A DNA stretch of 64,000 nucleotides from NCBI GenBank assembly GCA_965216785.1, contig OZ244197.1, positions 1,024,001-1,088,000 on the forward strand, written 5' to 3'. Of the stretch, positions 59,073-64,000 are shown piece after piece. Within the stretch, counting starts at the first letter, position 1. Every line of letters starts with the position of its first letter. The position numbers and the translations under genes are program-made. Below the pieces are notes generated by a model. The model worked only from the letters and a program-made list of their open reading frames with translations, was not told the DNA's origin and made no database searches. The stretch is from Thermodesulfobacteriota bacterium. Lineage in GTDB: Bacteria > Desulfobacterota_D > UBA1144 > Nemesobacterales > UBA2774.

Positions 59073-60019
59073 TGGACTTATCTCTAGCCAGAAAAAAACC
59101 TTTAGAAAGCGGTTTGAAAAGAGTCGACTCCGTAATTGAGCTTATCGGAAACACGCCTCTTATAAGGCTTTCACACATGAGGGAAGGTCTGAGCCCGGAC
59201 GTAGAGGTCTATGCCAAAGCTGAGTGGTTTAACCCCGGGGGCTCGGTAAAGGACAGGCCCGCGCTTTGGATGATCCTTGACGGTATACGCACCGGGAAAC
59301 TTACTCACGATAAGATACTCATGGATTCCTCCTCAGGTAACACAGCTATAGCGTACGCTATGATTGGAGCTGCCCTTGGCTACAAGGTTGAGCTTGTCAT
59401 TCCGGAGAATATAAACATAGAAAGAAAGAAAACCCTAAAGGCGTTTGGGGCTAAGGTTATTTATTCGGACCCTCTCGAGGGCTCTGACGGCGCGATCCGT
59501 CTTGCGAGAAAGCTCAAGAAAGAAAATCCCGATAAGTATTTTATGCCGGATCAATATAATAATCCCGCTAACCCAAAAGCGCACTACGATACTACGGCAA
59601 TGGAGATTTGGGATCAGACTGACGGGCGCATTACGCATTTTATTGCGGGGCTTGGGACGAGCGGCACGTTTATGGGAACATCCCGGAGGCTTAAAGAGCT
59701 TAACCCGAATATCCGTACAATCGCGGTCGAGCCTGCAGAGGCCCTGCACGGGCTAGAGGGGATGAAGCATATGCCGACATCCATTGTCCCGGGCATTTTC
59801 GACGATGAGTATCCGGATGAGATTTTCCGAGTGAGCACCGAGGACGCCTACGTTACAATGAAAGACCTCTTAAAGAAAGAAGGTATATTTATAGGGCATT
59901 CGGGCGGAGCGGTGGCGTATGCGACACTCGAGCAGGCAAAAAAGCTTGAGCAAGGCGTACTGGTTACAGTATTCCCGGACGGCGGCTATAGATATTTGAG
60001 CGGAGGTCTCTGGTGGTAA
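59072..60019 (+). CDS. PLP-dependent cysteine synthase (CysM-like)
   Basis: IGNTPL, NPGGSVKDR, SSGNT, DQYNNPAN and GLGTSGT motifs. Confidence 0.92.
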   Translation: MDLSLARKKPLESGLKRVDSVIELIGNTPLIRLSHMREGLSPDVEVYAKAEWFNPGGSVKDRPALWMILDGIRTGKLTHDKILMDSSSGNTAIAYAMIGAALGYKVELVIPENINIERKKTLKAFGAKVIYSDPLEGSDGAIRLARKLKKENPDKYFMPDQYNNPANPKAHYDTTAMEIWDQTDGRITHFIAGLGTSGTFMGTSRRLKELNPNIRTIAVEPAEALHGLEGMKHMPTSIVPGIFDDEYPDEIFRVSTEDAYVTMKDLLKKEGIFIGHSGGAVAYATLEQAKKLEQGVLVTVFPDGGYRYLSGGLWW

Positions 60020-60426
60020 AAATTAGCGAAAGCTCATATAATGCGATCATTAAACACGCGGAAGCCGGGTTTCCACATGAAGTGTGCGGAGTGCTTATAG
60101 GACAGGACCACACAATTACCGACTATAAGGAATGCAATAATTTAAATACAGAGAGGGCTCATGACCGCTACGAGCTCGACCCGCTCTCATTTAAAGAGGC
60201 GGATGACTATTCAAGGGAAGTGGGAAAGGAAATAATTGGTATATATCACTCTCATCCCGACCACCCCTCTATGGCTTCAGAGACCGATAGGCAAAGGGCG
60301 TGGCCCGAGTGGATATACATTATCTTCTCTATAAACAGTGGTAAATATAACGACGCCCGGGCCTGGATACTGGAGGACTCGGGAGAAAAATTCTACGAGG
60401 AACCTATAGAGGTCACCCCTGACTAA
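60013..60426 (+). CDS. JAB/M67 metallopeptidase (Mec+-like)
   Basis: PHEVCG and YHSHPDHPSMASETD JAMM motif. Confidence 0.92.
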   Translation: MVKISESSYNAIIKHAEAGFPHEVCGVLIGQDHTITDYKECNNLNTERAHDRYELDPLSFKEADDYSREVGKEIIGIYHSHPDHPSMASETDRQRAWPEWIYIIFSINSGKYNDARAWILEDSGEKFYEEPIEVTPD

Positions 60427-60438
60427 GAGGTAGTCCCC

Positions 60439-61242
60439 ATGCGTCTAACAGAAGAACAGATATATAGGTACAGCAGGCATATACTCCTACCCGAAGTAGG
60501 CGGAGTAGGTCAGGAGAAGCTCCTTCGGGCTAAGGTCTTTTGCGTGGGTGTGGGAGGTTTGGGCTCGCCAGTTGCGCTTTATCTGGCCGCGGCGGGGCTA
60601 GGTACTTTAGGAATCGCGGATTCAGACCAGGTGGATATCTCGAATCTCCAAAGACAGGTGCTCCATTACACTGATGATATCGGCAAACCGAAAACTCATT
60701 CCGCCAGAGATAAGCTGCAAAAGCTTAACCCGGACGTAAACGTTATTGTATATAAGGACCTGATTACAAAGGACAATATTAGAGAGCTGGTCAAAGATTA
60801 TGATATTGTGATCGACGGCTCAGATAACTTCCCTACACGATACCTATTAAACGATGCCTGTTACTTTGAGAAAAAGACCCTGATCTCGGGCGCTTTATTT
60901 CAATTCGAAGGGCAGCTTTCGGTATTTAAAACGCATAAGGGCGGGGCGTGTTACAGGTGTCTGTACCCTGAGATACCACCCGCTGGAATGGTGCCTACAT
61001 GCGAGGAAGCGGGCATACTGGGCGCGGTCGCGGGCACAATAGGGACTATGCAGGCCGTAGAGACGTTAAAAGAGGTTCTCAATATCGGAGAGCCGCTCGT
61101 GGATAAGCTCCTCACGATGAACGCGCTTAATATGTCATTTAATACCGTTAAGATTAAAAAAGACCCGGGGTGTCATTTATGCGGAGAAAACCCCACGATT
61201 CTAAGCGTAGATGAGTACAAAGAGCGCGGGTGCGATTTATAG
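60439..61242 (+). CDS. MoeB/ThiF-family adenylyltransferase without a rhodanese domain
   Basis: RYSRHILL, GVGGLG, SNLQRQ, CYRC and CHLC motifs. Confidence 0.93.
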   Translation: MRLTEEQIYRYSRHILLPEVGGVGQEKLLRAKVFCVGVGGLGSPVALYLAAAGLGTLGIADSDQVDISNLQRQVLHYTDDIGKPKTHSARDKLQKLNPDVNVIVYKDLITKDNIRELVKDYDIVIDGSDNFPTRYLLNDACYFEKKTLISGALFQFEGQLSVFKTHKGGACYRCLYPEIPPAGMVPTCEEAGILGAVAGTIGTMQAVETLKEVLNIGEPLVDKLLTMNALNMSFNTVKIKKDPGCHLCGENPTILSVDEYKERGCDL

Positions 61243-61301
61243 GATTGGCCTATTTCATAAGCCGTTTTTTTCTATGCTTTGTGTCTAAAGCTGAACTTAA
61301 C

Positions 61302-61330
61302 TTGACAACCCTTTATAGCTCCCACATACT
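61302..61330 (+). promoter_or_regulatory. Sigma70-like promoter for nuoN
   Basis: TTGACA-17bp-CATACT. Confidence 0.6.
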
Positions 61331-61390
61331 ACCTACTCAAATCGCCATCTAAACGTATTATTACACCGAAAAATTTGGAGAATTTCCTAA

Positions 61391-62854
61391 ATGGATTTAA
61401 GTGATGTTTTTAAAAGTACTCTGCTGATAGGGCCTGAGATTTCACTGATAGTAGCAGGGATAGTGCTCATCATTTTGGGCCCGATTTTAAAGAAGAAAGC
61501 CGGTATTTACGTGTTTGTACTGGCTCTGATCGGTTTAGGAATAGCTTTTGGCTTGAACATCGAGAGGTTCGGGACCGCGGAGCTAGCCTTTGGGGGCGCT
61601 CTCTCTCTCGATCAGTACGCAGCTTACTTTAACGTAATATTCCTTATAGGCGCTCTTGCCGCAGTAATATTTTCAAAAGATTATCTATCTGCTACAGATG
61701 AGTACGCAGCTGAGTTTTACGCCCTTATACTGTTCTCAACGTCGGGGATGATGATATTGTCGTCCGCAAAAGAGTTTATGTCTCTTTTTCTAGGGTTTGA
61801 GATAATGTCGATATCGGTTTACGTGCTTACGGCTTTTAACAGAAAGTCCGCGCGCTCTACGGAAGCCGGAATAAAGTATCTTGTACTGGGCGGGTTTTCC
61901 TCGGCGATACTGCTATACGGTATAGCGCTTCTTTACGGGGCTTCGGGCACGATATACCTTACTGAAATATTAAAGAGCTTCGATATGACTAACCCTCTGT
62001 ACATTGCGGGCGCTGCGCTCGTGCTGATAGGGTTTATATTCAAGATCGGCGCATTTCCCCTGCACCAATGGGTGCCTGATATCTATGAAGGGGCGCCTGT
62101 GAGCGTGACGGCGTTTATGTCGGTTGGTGTAAAGGCGGCTGCGTTCGCGATATTGCTGAGAGTGATTTTTGAGAGTTTCTATCCGATACAGGTGAGCTTT
62201 ATGCCGCTCCTTTGGGTCATTGCCATATTCACTATTATAGTTGGTAACGTGGCCGCTATCGTACAGAGCAGCGTAAAGAGAATGCTTGCCTATTCGAGTA
62301 TTGCCCACGCCGGCTACGCGCTAATAGGCGTAGTAGCGGCTTACGGCGGGCAGGTGCTGGCAGTAAGCAGCGTTATATATTATCTATTCGCTTATACGTT
62401 TATGAACCTCGGGGCTTTTGGCGTACTTACCTATTTGTCACGTGACGGAAAGGAGTGCGAGACGTTCGATGACCTCTCGGGACTCTGGAGTAAAAGGCCG
62501 TTCGTTGCGCTTGCGCTTGGTATTTTCATGTTCTCGCTTGCCGGTATACCTCCGACAATAGGGTTCTTCGCCAAATACAGAGTGTTTCTCTCTGCCGTGC
62601 AGGCCGAGTTTTACTGGCTTGCGGTAATCGGTATCGTAGGAAGCGTGATATCCGCCTACTATTATCTACGTGTTCTCGTATACGCATTTATGAGACCGGA
62701 GACAAGCCCGTTCCCAACGTTTAAGGCAGCCTCATCCATAGCTCTTATAGTACTTTCTGTCGCGACTGTGGCTCTTGGCATATTCCCCTTTGATTCCTGG
62801 GACTTAGCGCTTAAGGCCGCGGGCACCGTGCTTGCCGCCGCGCGTGGCGGGTAG
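61391..62854 (+). CDS. nuoN: NADH-quinone oxidoreductase subunit N
   Basis: EAGIKY, FKIGAFPLHQWVPDIYEGAP, KRMLAYSSIAHAGY and SLAGIPP motifs. Confidence 0.95.
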   Translation: MDLSDVFKSTLLIGPEISLIVAGIVLIILGPILKKKAGIYVFVLALIGLGIAFGLNIERFGTAELAFGGALSLDQYAAYFNVIFLIGALAAVIFSKDYLSATDEYAAEFYALILFSTSGMMILSSAKEFMSLFLGFEIMSISVYVLTAFNRKSARSTEAGIKYLVLGGFSSAILLYGIALLYGASGTIYLTEILKSFDMTNPLYIAGAALVLIGFIFKIGAFPLHQWVPDIYEGAPVSVTAFMSVGVKAAAFAILLRVIFESFYPIQVSFMPLLWVIAIFTIIVGNVAAIVQSSVKRMLAYSSIAHAGYALIGVVAAYGGQVLAVSSVIYYLFAYTFMNLGAFGVLTYLSRDGKECETFDDLSGLWSKRPFVALALGIFMFSLAGIPPTIGFFAKYRVFLSAVQAEFYWLAVIGIVGSVISAYYYLRVLVYAFMRPETSPFPTFKAASSIALIVLSVATVALGIFPFDSWDLALKAAGTVLAAARGG

Positions 62855-62942
62855 TATAGTCTTAGCGGTAATTCTCCGATAATTTAAACCCAACAATTTT
62901 GCATACTTAAACTGTATATTGTATAATTAGCTTTAACAATCC

Positions 62943-64000
62943 ATGGCTAAAAGAAAAAACCGCTCCACAAAAGAGTCTCCAAGTACCATAGCAAGGGAAA
63001 TATTGGCCGCATTTCTGTTCGCAGTAGGTCTATTTTCCGCACTCAGCCTAATATTTTACAGCTCGTCCTCGGGGCTTGACGTAAAAGGCGCTATGGGCAC
63101 TATCGGAGTGTTCATATCGGGAATGCTCGGTAAAGCGTTTGGCATATGCGCGCTCGTTGTGCCTTTTGTCCTTTTCTACACAGCGATAATTGTGTTTATG
63201 AATAAGAAGGGAAGCGGGATTTACAGAAAATCGATATCGGCTGTTATCTTCCTCGTATCCGTTATGACTTTCCTTGCTCTTATATTCGGGCAGGGGAGCT
63301 TTCTCGGTTACAGCCCTGCAGGCGGATGGGTGGGCGGCGCAATCGCCGAGACGCTCAGGGGCGGGGTCGCCGGGACCGTAGGGTCTTACTTAATTGTAAC
63401 CATATTACTTTTACTCAGTTTAATAATAATAACGAGCCTTACATTAACTCAAATTATAGGGACTTTAGGAAAAGGACTTATGTTTACTGCCGATAAAGCG
63501 TACGCGATCTCCAGGCTTCTTGTTATTAAAGGAAAAGAAGCAGCTATGGATTTGAAGAGTACAATCCAGGAGAGAAGGGCCAAGTCCGCGCTCGAGCCCG
63601 CGTATTCTTCGGCAAACGGATCTGCCGCCTTGAGAGAAGAGCAAGAGGGGACTGAAGAAATTATTAACCTCGTAGATGAGGTAAAAGATGACGGCGATCA
63701 GGATGAAGCAACACCTACCATACACCCGCAGATTGTAGTGGAGCATGAGGCTGAGAACGGCACTCTTGAATTCGAGCCGAAAAAGGAAGTCGTTTACAAG
63801 GACTATAAACTCCCTCCGTTTGATTTGATGGACGCCAAGGTGGAGACTGCGATAGAGGTCGACAGGGACGCGGTAATTGAAAAAGCAAAGCTCATTGAAG
63901 ACAAGCTCAAGGACTTTGGAGTATCGGGGAAAGTAACTGAGATAAGGCCCGGTCCTGTCATCACTATGTTTGAATACAAACCTGCCCCCGGAATTAAAAT
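62943..64000 (+). CDS. ftsK: DNA translocase FtsK, 5' part (runs off the window; not in ORF track)
   Basis: N-terminal 4TM domain, then YKLPP...KLKDFGVSGKVTEIRPGPVITMFEYKPAPGIK. Confidence 0.93.
   Translation, partial: MAKRKNRSTKESPSTIAREILAAFLFAVGLFSALSLIFYSSSSGLDVKGAMGTIGVFISGMLGKAFGICALVVPFVLFYTAIIVFMNKKGSGIYRKSISAVIFLVSVMTFLALIFGQGSFLGYSPAGGWVGGAIAETLRGGVAGTVGSYLIVTILLLLSLIIITSLTLTQIIGTLGKGLMFTADKAYAISRLLVIKGKEAAMDLKSTIQERRAKSALEPAYSSANGSAALREEQEGTEEIINLVDEVKDDGDQDEATPTIHPQIVVEHEAENGTLEFEPKKEVVYKDYKLPPFDLMDAKVETAIEVDRDAVIEKAKLIEDKLKDFGVSGKVTEIRPGPVITMFEYKPAPGIK

Noticed and set aside
63465-63746. 93-aa minus-strand ORF
   Set aside because: Antisense to the ftsK linker region.
1-64000. 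CRISPR array, integron or diversity-generating retroelement behind the IPTL repeats
   Set aside because: No regularly spaced repeat-spacer array, integrase, clear attC site or reverse transcriptase seen; the repeats are coding tails and terminators.

Overview
Bacterial chromosomal window, most consistent with a deltaproteobacteria-like diderm (possibly Dadabacteria; this is inferred from gene content and the many IPTL-CTERM genes). Housekeeping blocks (argC, gap-pgk-fbaB, rluD-pgeF, argG-queA-rlmD, hup, coaBC, msrB, tRNA-CAT, parAB, purSQ, nuoN, ftsK) surround an accessory region at about 17.6-41 kb. That region holds three main things. (1) A candidate phosphate-starvation lipid-remodelling cluster (OlsB/OlsA-like, two glycosyltransferases, PAP2-like, degenerate PhoU), whose promoters share 11-bp-periodic TTAAC-type boxes. 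(2) An AT-rich type II restriction-modification cassette bracketed by imperfect inverted repeats and a small wHTH ORF. (3) Most of a set of six IPTL-CTERM surface-protein loci (five intact, one 5'-truncated; one lies outside at 6.2-7.2 kb). Five of the six share one terminator, three carry an apparent CnaB-type isopeptide module, and one sits in a 1195-bp unit flanked by a perfect 51-bp duplication of the arsA/Get3-like 3' end. Also found: two unannotated 47-aa membrane ORFs, two candidate anti-Shine-Dalgarno sRNAs, a permease with an apparent ATT start, a leaderless MarR gene with a 30-bp operator, a sigma54 promoter, and a TusA-CysM-JAB-MoeB operon lacking its usual ubiquitin-like sulfur carrier. 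No CRISPR array, rRNA, integrase or transposase was seen.
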